Notes: a model not told the origin generated them from the sequence alone. 64,000 nucleotides of DNA from Bacteroidales bacterium (GCA_017544805.1 JAFYDK010000056.1:16973-80972); one strand, 5' to 3'. Positions 9,306 through 20,142 are shown, counted from the stretch's first letter. A program made the numbers and translations.

Positions 9306-10250
9306 ATGGAAGGTACAATCATAAAATCAACGGGCAGCAATTATTTGGTAAAAACCTCTGACAATGCAGTTTACGATTGCAAATGTAGAGGCAAACTCCG
9401 TCTTGATATGTTAAAGACGACCAATCCCGTAGCTGTAGGCGATATTGTAGAGTTTGATTTCCTATCGCCCGGACCGGGAATGATAACTCAGATAAAGGAC
9501 AGAAAAAATTATATTATAAGGAAATCCGTTAATTTAAGCCGTGAGGCTCATATTATTGCTGCTAATATCGACCAATGTATGTTGATAACTACGCTTATTA
9601 TGCCAGAGACTCCGCTCGAATTTGTGGACAGATTTTTGGTGACGGCAAAAGCGTATAAAGTTCCTGCAATATTAATATTCAATAAGTCAGATATTTATAC
9701 CGACGGACTTGAAGAAGTTTTGAGTGAGACGATGGAGATTTATCAGAAAATCGGATATGAATGTCTTGCAGTTTCTTCCGTTACGGGAGAGGGCATCAAG
9801 GAGTTGAAATCGCTGTTGAAAGACAAAACGACATTGCTTTCTGGCAATTCGGGTACGGGAAAATCGACGCTTATCAACACCGTTAATCCGGGTTTGAATC
9901 TGAAAACAGGTGAAATTTCTATGTATTCTTTGGCGGGAAAACATACGACTACTTTTGCCGAAATGTTTGATTTGGATTTTGGCGGTAGGATTATTGACAC
10001 TCCGGGTATCAAAGGTTTCGGTTTGACGGGCATGACGGCGGAGGACGTTGCTCACAATTTCCCCGAAATATTTTTAAGACTGAAAGATTGCAAATTTTAT
10101 AATTGTACACATACCCACGAACCGGGTTGTGCCGTTAAAGAGGCTGTAGATTCGGGAGAGATTTCGCCTTTGCGTTACAAAAGTTATCTTTCGATAATTT
10201 CTCAGGACAACAATCAGAAATATCGTAACACTTCACGCGGAAGGGATTGA
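9306..10250 (+). CDS. rsgA: Ribosome small-subunit-dependent GTPase A
   Basis: Circularly permuted GTPase with NKSD, GNSGTGKST and DTPG, plus the C-terminal zinc motif CxxxxCTHxxEPGC. I prefer the ATG at 9306 to the upstream ORF extension that overlaps xth. Confidence 0.9.
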   Translation: MEGTIIKSTGSNYLVKTSDNAVYDCKCRGKLRLDMLKTTNPVAVGDIVEFDFLSPGPGMITQIKDRKNYIIRKSVNLSREAHIIAANIDQCMLITTLIMPETPLEFVDRFLVTAKAYKVPAILIFNKSDIYTDGLEEVLSETMEIYQKIGYECLAVSSVTGEGIKELKSLLKDKTTLLSGNSGTGKSTLINTVNPGLNLKTGEISMYSLAGKHTTTFAEMFDLDFGGRIIDTPGIKGFGLTGMTAEDVAHNFPEIFLRLKDCKFYNCTHTHEPGCAVKEAVDSGEISPLRYKSYLSIISQDNNQKYRNTSRGRD

Positions 10251-10262
10251 TTTTTTTGTTAG

Positions 10263-11753
10263 ATGCAAATGAATAGAATTGTCAAAATATTGTTAATGTT
10301 GGTTTTTCCGATTTTCAATTGTTATTCCCAGCGGTTTTTTCAACCTTTGGGAAGGGCTTTTGATATAGAATTGCAAGGAAAAATCATAAAAGATTCTATT
10401 GAAAGTTTTTCTTCAATTAAGCCTGTTTTATATTCTGAATATAAGATAGATACTATTGAAAAATTGAAGTTTCCGTTATGGCTGAAAAAACATTTTTTTG
10501 AAGATGATTTTTTGTGCTTTGCGGGCAAGGATTTTTCTTTGACTATAAATCCTATTTTTAATCTTGTCCTTTATAACGATGATGATTTAAGCGGTGAAAA
10601 AAAATATTTTTGGAACAACCGCGGCGTTGAAATTTTCGGAAGGTTAGGAGAGAGGGTACATTTTTATTCTGAGTTTTATGAAAATCAAGCCCGTTTTTTA
10701 CCATTTCAGGATAGTATTATAAGGCTTAGAAAAACTGTAATTCCTGCCGGCGGTTATGCTAAAGCTTATAAAGGCGACGGTTTGGATTGGGCATACGTAA
10801 CGGGAGGTTTCTTAGTTGATGTTACAAAGAATTTCCGTTTGAGCCTTTCTAACGGTAGATGTTTTATCGGTTCTGGTTATAGATCAGTGATTTTGAGTGA
10901 TTTAACGTTCCCGTTTCCGTATTTGAGATACGATTTGAAATTTTCAAAATTTTATTATTATATAATTCATGCTTGTTTAAAGGACGGGGTTTTTGCCTAT
11001 TATAATGCAGGAAAGCTACAACCGAAATATTCAAGTTTTCATGTTGCAGGTTATAAACCTTTGAAAAATTTGGAAATTGCTGTAATTGAAACTGTTATCT
11101 GGAACAACAGAAAATCTTCCGGTGAGTATCGTTACAAACCGAATGCGGATATGTTGTTGCCGATAATTTTTTATCCGGCTCTTTCTTACGGTTTTAACGG
11201 CGAAAATTCTGTGTCTTTGGGCTACGATATTAATTATTCGCCATTTAAATTCTTGAAAATTTATCATCAGTTGAATTATGCCGGCAAGAAAACCGAAAAG
11301 GACGGCTCTGAAACTAAACTTTTGAGTTATCAGTACGGTTTTCATGTCTTTGATATTTTTAGTCCGTGGTTTTCTTTTTTGAAAACACATTTTCAAGCGG
11401 AGCAGACTATTTCGAGATTGGATTCTCCTGAGCAGGCTACTTCGTTTTGGAGTTATTGTTATCCTATTACGACTCCGTTTTTTATGGATAAAAATTCAGG
11501 AAAGGAAACCGTTGTGTTTCTTCAAGCGCAATGTCATGGCTTGGCTGCGGAGTTGAAATTTCTTGAACGTAATTCCTCTAAGTATAAGGATTTTACGTTA
11601 AGATATTATTTAAACCAGAAAACTAAATGGAATATTTTCGTAACTTACTTAAAGCACGATTGTTCTAAGGAGTTTTACGGACGTGATATTTCTGAAGGAT
11701 ATTTGAGTTTTGGATTGTCGATGTGTCCGTCAAATTTTTATTATGACTTTTAA
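10263..11753 (+). CDS. Hypothetical outer-membrane protein (Wzi/RemB-like guess)
   Basis: Has a signal peptide, an aromatic-rich beta-strand pattern and a C-terminal ...NFYYDF ending in Phe. The family assignment is only a recollection. Confidence 0.45.
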   Translation: MQMNRIVKILLMLVFPIFNCYSQRFFQPLGRAFDIELQGKIIKDSIESFSSIKPVLYSEYKIDTIEKLKFPLWLKKHFFEDDFLCFAGKDFSLTINPIFNLVLYNDDDLSGEKKYFWNNRGVEIFGRLGERVHFYSEFYENQARFLPFQDSIIRLRKTVIPAGGYAKAYKGDGLDWAYVTGGFLVDVTKNFRLSLSNGRCFIGSGYRSVILSDLTFPFPYLRYDLKFSKFYYYIIHACLKDGVFAYYNAGKLQPKYSSFHVAGYKPLKNLEIAVIETVIWNNRKSSGEYRYKPNADMLLPIIFYPALSYGFNGENSVSLGYDINYSPFKFLKIYHQLNYAGKKTEKDGSETKLLSYQYGFHVFDIFSPWFSFLKTHFQAEQTISRLDSPEQATSFWSYCYPITTPFFMDKNSGKETVVFLQAQCHGLAAELKFLERNSSKYKDFTLRYYLNQKTKWNIFVTYLKHDCSKEFYGRDISEGYLSFGLSMCPSNFYYDF

Positions 11754-11778
11754 GGAAAAAACAATTAATTAAATTAAA

Positions 11779-12240
11779 ATGTTCAGAACTAAACTATTTT
11801 CATTTGTAACAAAGTACTTTGACGCTTTGGAATCGCTTTTTATAGTGGTTTTGAGTGTTTCGTTGGTTTTTATGATAAGGACTACGCCTAATTCGCATTA
11901 TTTTGTTTATGCTTCGCTTGGTTGCTTATCTCTTTTGTATTGGCTTATGGGAATAAGACCTTTTGAAAAAAAAGTTGCAGGTATTAGAATCGTAACGCGC
12001 AGAATTGTTTTCATAGCCTATCTTTTGAGTTGTCTTTCGATAATGGCATCGCTGAGATTTGACGGTGAGGTCAATCCGAGGCCGTTGATAATAGCCTCGT
12101 TGGTCTTTTTAGCGTTGGCGGTCGGACTGCTGATTCTGAAAAAACGCAAATTGAAAGAACAGGATAGAATTACCAGTTTTATTGTAAGGAGTATAATTTT
12201 TGCTGCCGTTTTGGGTTGGCTTTTGTATATGGTTTATTAA
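11779..12240 (+). CDS. Hypothetical membrane protein (4 predicted TM helices)
   Basis: Four hydrophobic segments. No recognisable motif. Confidence 0.45.
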   Translation: MFRTKLFSFVTKYFDALESLFIVVLSVSLVFMIRTTPNSHYFVYASLGCLSLLYWLMGIRPFEKKVAGIRIVTRRIVFIAYLLSCLSIMASLRFDGEVNPRPLIIASLVFLALAVGLLILKKRKLKEQDRITSFIVRSIIFAAVLGWLLYMVY

Positions 12241-12254
12241 AAAAAAAGAAAGAA

Positions 12255-13481
12255 ATGATAGAAGTAATGTCGCCGGTCGGAAGTTTTGAAACTCTTGCTT
12301 CGGCAATTCAGTCGGGTGCTCAGGCCGTTTATTTCGGACTCGGTGTTCTTAATATGAGGGCAAAATCCACCGTAAATTTTACGGAAGAGGATTTGGCGAA
12401 AATAGTTGAAATTTGCAAATTGCATAATGTTAGGTCTTATCTTGCTATTAATACTATAATGTATGATGCTGACATTGAGCAGATGCACAGACTTGTGGAT
12501 TTGGCAAAACAAAATGATGTTACGGCAATAATAGCCTCTGATACAAGTGTTTTGGAGTATGCACTTAAACAAGGAGTTGAAATTCATGCTTCGACTCAGC
12601 TTAATATTTCAAACGTTGAAGCGGTAAAGTTCTTTTCTAAGTATTGTGATGTAATGGTCTTAGCAAGAGAATGTTCGCTGGACAAAGTAAAATATATTCA
12701 TCAGGAGATTATAAGACAAAATATCCGAGGTCCAAAGGGCGAACTTGTGCGTTTGGAAATGTTTGTGCACGGGGCTTTGTGCATGGCAGTATCGGGAAAA
12801 TGTTATTTGAGTCTTCATCAAATGAACTATTCTGCTAACCGTGGAGCTTGTCTTCAGATTTGCCGCCGTGGTTATTTGGTAACTGACAAAGAAACAGGCG
12901 AAGAGCTTGCTATCGAAAACGAGTACATTATGTCGCCGAAGGATTTGTGTACGATAGAGTTTTTGAATGAGATTTTGGATGCCGGAGTTGAGGTCTTAAA
13001 AATTGAAGGTAGGGCAAGACCGCCTGAGTATGTGAAACTTACAACGGAGGTTTATTGTAACGCCGTTAAAGAAATCCTAAATGGAACTTACACAAAGCAG
13101 AAGGCTTTGAAAGATAAGGAAAGACTTTCTGAGGTTTTTAACAGAGGTTTTTGGAACGGTTATTATCTCGGACAAAGACTTGGCGAATGGACTGATACTC
13201 ACGGTTCTAAAGCAAAATATCATAAGGAATTTATAGGAGTTGTCAATAATTATTTCTCTAAAATTTCTGTTGCAGAGGTTTACCTTAATTCGGGCAAACT
13301 TTCAGTGGGCGATACCGTTTTGATAATAGGTCAAACAACGGGAACATTGGAAACTGAAATCAAGGAAATACGTTTTGATTTAAAACCCGTAGAAACGGCT
13401 TTTAAAGGTCAGGTGATTTCAATTCCCGTTCCCGAGTTGGTTCGTCGTGGCGACAAAATCTATTTGAGGGTGGAAAATTAG
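12255..13481 (+). CDS. Peptidase U32 family protein
   Basis: The N-terminal MIEVMSPVGSFETLASAIQSGAQAVYFG, EIHASTQ and LKIEGR motifs are typical of U32 (collagenase-like) proteins. Start taken at ATG 12255. Confidence 0.85.
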   Translation: MIEVMSPVGSFETLASAIQSGAQAVYFGLGVLNMRAKSTVNFTEEDLAKIVEICKLHNVRSYLAINTIMYDADIEQMHRLVDLAKQNDVTAIIASDTSVLEYALKQGVEIHASTQLNISNVEAVKFFSKYCDVMVLARECSLDKVKYIHQEIIRQNIRGPKGELVRLEMFVHGALCMAVSGKCYLSLHQMNYSANRGACLQICRRGYLVTDKETGEELAIENEYIMSPKDLCTIEFLNEILDAGVEVLKIEGRARPPEYVKLTTEVYCNAVKEILNGTYTKQKALKDKERLSEVFNRGFWNGYYLGQRLGEWTDTHGSKAKYHKEFIGVVNNYFSKISVAEVYLNSGKLSVGDTVLIIGQTTGTLETEIKEIRFDLKPVETAFKGQVISIPVPELVRRGDKIYLRVEN

Positions 13482-13856
13482 TTATTTCCAAAAAACTAAT
13501 CCGACCGCTGCTATCAAAAGTATGAACGCCAAAACGTGATTCCAATGCAGATTGAGTGAGCCGAAAAGCATTCCCGAGACAATGGTAAAAACTATTAGCG
13601 ACAATGCCTCTTGAATTACTTTCAACTGAATGAGAGAGAATGGTCCGCCGTTGTCAATAAAACCGATTCTGTTGGCGGGGACTTGAAAACTGTATTCGGC
13701 TAATGCAATCAGCCAACTTAAAATTATCACGCCGTAAAGCGGCAGGTTGGAATACTTAGGAATTTGTGCCAAACGCAAATGTCCGTACCACGCTAAAGTC
13801 ATAAACGTATTGCTGACAATTAGCATAATAATTGTTAAAATACCTTTTTGCAACAT
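13482..13856 (-). CDS. DMT-superfamily small membrane protein (DUF486-like)
   Basis: 124 aa with 4 TM helices. The N-terminal SNTFMTLAWYGHLR motif recalls DUF486. Confidence 0.65.
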   Translation of the reverse strand: MLQKGILTIIMLIVSNTFMTLAWYGHLRLAQIPKYSNLPLYGVIILSWLIALAEYSFQVPANRIGFIDNGGPFSLIQLKVIQEALSLIVFTIVSGMLFGSLNLHWNHVLAFILLIAAVGLVFWK

Positions 13857-13946
13857 TATTTTACTAAAATAAAATTAGGGTTTTTGTGTTTTAATGTGTT
13901 TTATATTTTAAAACAGAGCGCAAAATTAAACAAATTATCAATAACA

Positions 13947-15197
13947 ATGTTCAAGTTGAAGTTGTTTTTATATTTACAATTGATTATGGCTGTTTGTGTT
14001 GTATCTTCATGTTCTATGGACGATGAGGATGCCTCTGAGGGGGCTAATAATAACTCTTTGGGAGGTTTGTATACCAATCCGGACGGTTCAATGACTTATT
14101 ATGCCGATTTTTTGATAGATGTTTCGGGTTTGAAACCGCTTGTTAATAAATTGGATTTTATATCTCAGCAGGAGGATACAATTAAAGAATTTCCTACCGG
14201 AGAAACTTTTTTTACGGGTGTTAAAAACTGTATTTGTAACGCTCATGACAGGGCTTATCAGATTGTAAACATACTTTTTTATTCAAGCCAAAAACAAAAC
14301 TCGTGGATGAATTTTTACGAGCCGTATCTTGCAACTTATACGTCTTCATTGGATTCTCGAATTAAACAATGGGAAGTCATTGAAGACCAAGAGTTTGAAG
14401 GTGTTAAATATAATTATTCCCTGAAAATTTCAGATATGCCTGAGGGTTCGGGTCCGGAGGTTTCTAAAACCAATGCACTTGAATTTTTTTACAACAAAAA
14501 TTTTGAGGATTGCGGTGTTGCTGTTTTTTCTCCCGTTAATTTCGATAAAGTAAATTATCCCGAAAAAATTTACGGTCATGACATTATGTGCAAATTATTT
14601 TTCAAAGAATATCCTAACGATTCGCTTGTTAATGAATTGTACATTACCTCAATGTCTGAAAACAAAAATTCGGTTTATTTTATCAATAATTTTTATTTGA
14701 GATTGAGGAAAAATTTGAAAAACAATACCATTGATTTCAAGGCTTTGATTGATATGCCTAATCTTTGGTTTGATGATAAAACTAAAGCGGGGTATTGCAT
14801 AAGTTGTGTCGGTGCGCTTGATGATTCCAATAATTCTGCTGTTATGCACACCGGGCTTGTTAAAAATACCTTGGAAATTTCAAATGCAAAAATTCTTATC
14901 AACGATAATGCTGCCGGCGATCTCTTGACAGAATTGTATCCTTCATGGTTGAAACTTTTTGAGAAGGAAGACAAAGACAAAAAAGAAGGTAACGACGAAA
15001 AGGAAAATGAAAATAACGAGGAAAAAGAAAAACTTTTTGAAAATCCTGCATTTTTTTCTTCGGGAAATTTTTCCGGCTGCGGAGCTATTGAGGATAAAAG
15101 TCAGTATCTTAAAGCATTAAACTCAAGTCTTAGTGTTTTGGAAACGGATTTTGCAATTTCACCGCTAAAAAATTCCATTTATCAAATTTCTTGGTAA
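13947..15197 (+). CDS. Hypothetical lipoprotein with an acidic/Lys-rich segment
   Basis: Lipobox-like AVCVVSSC at the ATG-13947 start. A KEDKDKKEGNDEKENENNEEKEK low-complexity block lies near the C-terminus. Confidence 0.5.
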   Translation: MFKLKLFLYLQLIMAVCVVSSCSMDDEDASEGANNNSLGGLYTNPDGSMTYYADFLIDVSGLKPLVNKLDFISQQEDTIKEFPTGETFFTGVKNCICNAHDRAYQIVNILFYSSQKQNSWMNFYEPYLATYTSSLDSRIKQWEVIEDQEFEGVKYNYSLKISDMPEGSGPEVSKTNALEFFYNKNFEDCGVAVFSPVNFDKVNYPEKIYGHDIMCKLFFKEYPNDSLVNELYITSMSENKNSVYFINNFYLRLRKNLKNNTIDFKALIDMPNLWFDDKTKAGYCISCVGALDDSNNSAVMHTGLVKNTLEISNAKILINDNAAGDLLTELYPSWLKLFEKEDKDKKEGNDEKENENNEEKEKLFENPAFFSSGNFSGCGAIEDKSQYLKALNSSLSVLETDFAISPLKNSIYQISW

Positions 15198-15291
15198 ATA
15201 TATATTTAACAGATTTTAACGATATTGAAGTTCCTAAATTTCCTAATTTGGTTTAAATTTAGGGACTTAAAAAAAACATTATTTTAGAATT

Positions 15292-17622
15292 ATGGCAGAT
15301 GATATAAAAACTTATAAGGCGGAAAGATATAACCGCCGGACAATAACCCGTATTTTAACGGACGTTTTCAAGGACAATCCGATGAAGGATTATTCCTTTG
15401 AGGATTTGGCTGCATTGCTTGGAATTGAAGATTCAGGCTCGAAAGAGATGTTACAGTTAGTAGTATCAGAACTTGAGTCCTCGGAGAGAATTACGAAAAA
15501 TTCTTTTGGAAATTATCAGGCGGTAATTAAAACGGGCGTTGTAATCGGTGTTTTGGATTTGTCGCGCAAAGGTCAGGCTTTTGTTTTGCCTGAGAATAGC
15601 GATATTGAAATTTTTATTCCCTCTGAAAATCTTCATAACGGTCTTCACGGCGACCAAGTTGAGGTTTCGCTTTATGCCGGCTCCAAACATGGCAAACAAG
15701 AGGGCGAGGTTGTAAGAATTATAAAAAGAGCCCGTACTACTTTTGTCGGCACGATAGAGAAAAACAAGAATTTTGCGTTTTTGATTGCCAACCATAAAAC
15801 CATGCCGTATGATATTTTCATTCCTTTGAACAAGTTGATGAAAGCTCAAAGCGGTGATAAAGCGGTTGCAAGAATTACGGAATGGCCTGAAGATGCAAAA
15901 AATCCTATTGGTGAAATTATAGAAGTCCTCGGCTCAACGGGCGACAACGAAACCGAAATGCACGCTATACTTTCGGAGTTTGAACTTCCGTACAATTTCC
16001 CGAAAGAGGTTTTGGAGGAAGCTGACAAATTGGAGGCTGGTATTACGAGCGAAGAAATTGCAAAACGTCGTGATATGCGTGATGTTACAACCTTTACTAT
16101 TGACCCAAAGGATGCAAAGGATTTTGACGATGCGATTTCTTGTCGCAAACTCAAAAACGGTAATTGGGAAATAGGCGTTCATATTGCTGATGTTTCGTTT
16201 TATATTGAGGAAGGTTCAAAACTTGACGAAGATGCTTTGTCAAGAGGTACGAGTGTTTATCTTGTAGACAGAGTTGTTCCGATGTTGCCTGAGAAACTTT
16301 GCAACGGTATTTGTTCGCTTCGTCAAGACGAGGACAAACTTACGTTTTCGGCTGTTTTTGAACTCAACGACAAGGCTGAGGTCTTAAACCAATGGTTCGG
16401 AAAAACTGTTATAAGAAGCAATAGACGTTTCTGTTACGAGGAGGCTCAAGAAATTATTGAGGGCAATGACGGCGATTATAAAGACGAGATTCTTCAATGT
16501 TGGAAATTAGCCAAAATTTTAAGGGACGAACGTTTCAAAAACGGTTCAATTTCTTTTGAGAGAAGCGAAATTAAATTCGATATTGACGAAAACGGTAAAC
16601 CTCTTAGAGTTTATTTTAAGGAAAGCAAAGAGGCAAACTGGCTTGTTGAGGAGTTTATGTTGCTTGCTAACAAGAGCGTAGCTGCTTTTATCGGAAAACA
16701 AAAGGATAAAAATCATCCTCCTAAAACATTTGTTTACCGTATTCATGACGAGCCGGATTTGGAAAAACTTTCTAATTTCCAGAAATTTATCGGGAAATTC
16801 GGCTATTCTATCAACATGAAGAGTGATGAAATGATTTCACGCACTTTGAATGAACTTTTAACGAAGCTGAAAGGTCAGAAAGAGCAGGAAGTTATTTCTT
16901 CGTTAGCGATACGCAGTATGGCAAAAGCCATTTATTCTACCGATAATATCGGACACTACGGTTTAGGTTTTGAATTTTATACGCATTTTACCTCGCCGAT
17001 ACGAAGGTATCCCGATTTGATGGTTCACAGACTTTTGTTTTCTTATCTTAACGGTGAGAAATCTGCTTCAAAATCTTATTACGAAGGACTTTGTAAACAT
17101 TGTTCGGAGCGTGAATATTTAGCGGTTCAGGCCGAAAGAGCGAGCGATAAATACAAAGAGGTTGAGTTTATGCGCGATCATTTGGGCGAACAATACGATG
17201 CTTTGATTTCCGGCATTACGGAGTGGGGTATTTATTGCGAATTGGAGGAAAACAAAATCGAAGGTATGATTCCTATGAGGGATTTGGACGATGATTTTTA
17301 TATGTTTGACGAAGAAAATTATTGTTTGATAGGACATTATACTAAGAAAAAATATCAGTTGGGCGATAAATTGCAAATAAAAATTGCTCGTGCTAATCTT
17401 GAACGCAAACAATTGGATTTCGTACTTGCAACCTCTGAAAAGCATATCGAAACCGATCCTGACAAAGCGGACGAACTTGAACGCAAGAAGAATCCCCGCG
17501 GTATTGCCTCTGTTGCAGAGCCTAAAAAGAAGAAAAAGAAATCAGGCAAAGCTAAAGGCGGTAAGGCGTTGAAAAAAATGAAAAAACACTCTCGTAAGAA
17601 TAAACAAAAAAAAGCGGAATAA
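15292..17622 (+). CDS. rnr: Ribonuclease R
   Basis: RNB domain motifs (DPKDAKDFDDA, HYGL, YTHFTSPIRRYPDL), an S1 domain and a Lys-rich C-terminal tail. Confidence 0.92.
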   Translation: MADDIKTYKAERYNRRTITRILTDVFKDNPMKDYSFEDLAALLGIEDSGSKEMLQLVVSELESSERITKNSFGNYQAVIKTGVVIGVLDLSRKGQAFVLPENSDIEIFIPSENLHNGLHGDQVEVSLYAGSKHGKQEGEVVRIIKRARTTFVGTIEKNKNFAFLIANHKTMPYDIFIPLNKLMKAQSGDKAVARITEWPEDAKNPIGEIIEVLGSTGDNETEMHAILSEFELPYNFPKEVLEEADKLEAGITSEEIAKRRDMRDVTTFTIDPKDAKDFDDAISCRKLKNGNWEIGVHIADVSFYIEEGSKLDEDALSRGTSVYLVDRVVPMLPEKLCNGICSLRQDEDKLTFSAVFELNDKAEVLNQWFGKTVIRSNRRFCYEEAQEIIEGNDGDYKDEILQCWKLAKILRDERFKNGSISFERSEIKFDIDENGKPLRVYFKESKEANWLVEEFMLLANKSVAAFIGKQKDKNHPPKTFVYRIHDEPDLEKLSNFQKFIGKFGYSINMKSDEMISRTLNELLTKLKGQKEQEVISSLAIRSMAKAIYSTDNIGHYGLGFEFYTHFTSPIRRYPDLMVHRLLFSYLNGEKSASKSYYEGLCKHCSEREYLAVQAERASDKYKEVEFMRDHLGEQYDALISGITEWGIYCELEENKIEGMIPMRDLDDDFYMFDEENYCLIGHYTKKKYQLGDKLQIKIARANLERKQLDFVLATSEKHIETDPDKADELERKKNPRGIASVAEPKKKKKKSGKAKGGKALKKMKKHSRKNKQKKAE

Positions 17623-17639
17623 AATCCGCTTTTTTTTTG
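17611..17639. terminator. Bidirectional terminator between convergent rnr and the PP2C gene
   Basis: AAAGCGGA (17611-17618) pairs with TCCGCTTT (17625-17632), flanked by an A-run and a T9 run. Confidence 0.75.
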
Positions 17640-17640
17640 T

Positions 17641-18816
17641 TTAAATTCTGTATCCTCCGACTAAAATGTCGTCCATTTGTTGAAAATCGCCTTTCCAATT
17701 TTCAATAAATTCGTTGAGCCTTTTTTTGAAATTTTCCCCGGAAGGATTTTCTTTGAAAATGTTAGTTAATAATTCTTTGAATTTTCCGTAAGTTACTTTG
17801 CGTTTTGTAGTGCTGCTGAATTGATCCGCAAAACCGTCTGAAAACATAAACAAATAATCTCCTGCTGAAACCTCGATTTCTTGGGTTTCAAAATCTTTGG
17901 GACGGGGATGTGCACCTACGGGAGTTTTTACGGCTTTGTATTCCGTTAATTCTCCGTTTCTGATGATGTACAGCGGATTGTTAGCTCCTGAAACACGCAA
18001 TTTCTTGGTTTTTAGATTAAGAATGCAAAACGTTATGTCCATACCGTCTTGTGGTTCGTGTTCGGAACAATCTTGACTTAAGGTATCTATGATGCACTTT
18101 CTTAATTTTTCTAAAACATCAGAGGGTAAAGTATTTTCGTTTAAATTCGCGCAAATCTCGTTCAGAAATGCGATGCCGAACAAGCTCATAAAAGCTCCCG
18201 GAACACCGTGTCCCGTGCAATCGGCTATCGTAAAGGCTATTATGTCGTCTTGATGTTTCATCCAATAAAAATCTCCCGATACGATTTCTCTGGGACGCCA
18301 AAAAAGAAAATAATCCGAAAAGCACTCTTTTAAAATCATTTCCGGTGGCAAAACTGCAACTTGAATTCTCCTCGCATAATGGATACTGTCTGTTACGGTG
18401 CGGTGTTTTTTCTCAATGTCGTTTTTTAGAGCCGTTATGTATTCTTTCTCTTTTTGAATCGAAAGACTCATGTCCCAGAGTTTACGGTTCTTCTCAGAAA
18501 AATCTTTTTTGTCTTGTTCAAGTTTCTTTTGTTCAAGGAGTAACGCTTCTGCATTTAAAGTAATTTCTTTAAGAGAGGCTTTCTCCGTTTTTAAAGGTTG
18601 TTTGGGAGTTTGAGCGTTGTTTTTCAGGTTCTCATAAAGCGTTTTAATACGTTCTGAGTCATCTTTTAAAATGCGTATTTCTTGCTTTAAACGGTTTTCA
18701 ACCCTTTGTGCGGCTTTCTTTCCTGCATTTTTGCGCATTAAAAACAAAACCGCTATCACAACGCATGCTATAAAAAGCAATGCCGCTAAAACTATGTTTA
18801 TAACATCTGTGTTCAA
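17641..18816 (-). CDS. Membrane-anchored SpoIIE/PP2C-family protein phosphatase
   Basis: N-terminal TM helix, a ~130-aa coiled-coil-like KE-rich segment, then a PP2C core (VSGDFYW, IADCTGHGVPGAFMS, SDGFADQ, DDILVGG). Confidence 0.8.
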   Translation of the reverse strand: MNTDVINIVLAALLFIACVVIAVLFLMRKNAGKKAAQRVENRLKQEIRILKDDSERIKTLYENLKNNAQTPKQPLKTEKASLKEITLNAEALLLEQKKLEQDKKDFSEKNRKLWDMSLSIQKEKEYITALKNDIEKKHRTVTDSIHYARRIQVAVLPPEMILKECFSDYFLFWRPREIVSGDFYWMKHQDDIIAFTIADCTGHGVPGAFMSLFGIAFLNEICANLNENTLPSDVLEKLRKCIIDTLSQDCSEHEPQDGMDITFCILNLKTKKLRVSGANNPLYIIRNGELTEYKAVKTPVGAHPRPKDFETQEIEVSAGDYLFMFSDGFADQFSSTTKRKVTYGKFKELLTNIFKENPSGENFKKRLNEFIENWKGDFQQMDDILVGGYRI

Positions 18817-20126
18817 TTTATTTGTAAATTTTTAATGTCGTTGGTTTTATAAATGTATATCGTACCGCCGTAAGTCGTATTTTTTTGTGAGAATAAGTCA
18901 AGCGGCGTTACGCGTGTTAAAAACACTGTGTAATAACCGTCAGAATCGTTGAAAACGGCATAAACTATAACTCCGCAGCCGTAATCCGCCATTGTAGTAT
19001 TGTAGGCTTTTTCTTCCAAATTACCCATGACAATGATTCCGTTTAAATCGCTGATATAATTCATGTACGCTTCAATCGAACTTAAAGTCGTGTTTGAGGG
19101 TTGATTGAATCCCGTAAAGCATAGTTGATTATCAACTTCGGTGATATTGACGAAAACTGCAACCGAGTCCACGTCTTTTTGATATTCAAATTCGCCGTTG
19201 CTGTTTATTTGGGCGATGATAAATTTTTTTGTTTCTGAATTATATCCCGAAATATATCCGTACTTGTACCATGTCAAAAAGTTCAGCAGACTGAATGTTG
19301 TTGGAATTTCTATTGAATTGACCTCAGTACCATCTATCGTAAAAACTTTGACAAAAGATGTTTCATCGGAGTTTTTGTAGAAGATTATGACGTTGTTATC
19401 TACGGAATTAACAGAAACAATGCTGATGTTTTCCGAAAAACTTAGTGTTGAGGTTTTTTCGATTTCGCCACCAGAGTTTATGTATCTTAATGACAAATCG
19501 TAAGAGGAATTTTGCATCATTCCCATTGTGGGAGTTTGGAGTATCATTGCGTATCCGCCGTTGTTCAGTGGTGTTCCGCCTATTGGAAGTTTGTTAACGG
19601 TTTGATTTTGACCGCTACCCATACCACCGCCCATGGCATTAACGGTGCTGTCGTGTTGAAAAATAATGTTGCAATCCTTGTCGAATTTTACAACGGCATA
19701 ATATTCCCGTCCGAAATCGTTGGTTGAATAAAAATCCAAGAAAAATTCATCGTTAGAGTTTTTCCTGAATTGACCCTCTGAAATGTCCACAACTGTAGTG
19801 TTTTGCATTGTGGAACTTTGTTTGGATTGAGATTCGTGCTGAGGAATTTCCCCGCCTTGATTCGGGGCATTTCTATCGCTCATATTCCACGATAGTTTTA
19901 TGGTTTGGCCCGTTGTTTTGGCGTTTTTGTCGATTTTAATAAAATTATAAGTATTGTCTGCCGTATCAGCGGTTATTGTTACTAACGTCCCGTCAGAGGC
20001 GGCAAGCGGCATAAACATCGGACGGCATTCGACTGATTTAATCGGGGAGTCCTCATAGTCCGAATAAACAGTGTCTTTGCACGAAAACAACGTTAAAAAC
20101 GGTAATATGTAAAGTAATCTTTTCAT
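18813..20126 (-). CDS. Hypothetical lipoprotein
   Basis: Lipobox LTLFSC. Rich in beta strands with a G/M/Q-rich insert. Its stop overlaps the PP2C start by 4 nt. Confidence 0.5.
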   Translation of the reverse strand: MKRLLYILPFLTLFSCKDTVYSDYEDSPIKSVECRPMFMPLAASDGTLVTITADTADNTYNFIKIDKNAKTTGQTIKLSWNMSDRNAPNQGGEIPQHESQSKQSSTMQNTTVVDISEGQFRKNSNDEFFLDFYSTNDFGREYYAVVKFDKDCNIIFQHDSTVNAMGGGMGSGQNQTVNKLPIGGTPLNNGGYAMILQTPTMGMMQNSSYDLSLRYINSGGEIEKTSTLSFSENISIVSVNSVDNNVIIFYKNSDETSFVKVFTIDGTEVNSIEIPTTFSLLNFLTWYKYGYISGYNSETKKFIIAQINSNGEFEYQKDVDSVAVFVNITEVDNQLCFTGFNQPSNTTLSSIEAYMNYISDLNGIIVMGNLEEKAYNTTMADYGCGVIVYAVFNDSDGYYTVFLTRVTPLDLFSQKNTTYGGTIYIYKTNDIKNLQIN

Positions 20127-20142
20127 GTCTTAATCATTTTTC

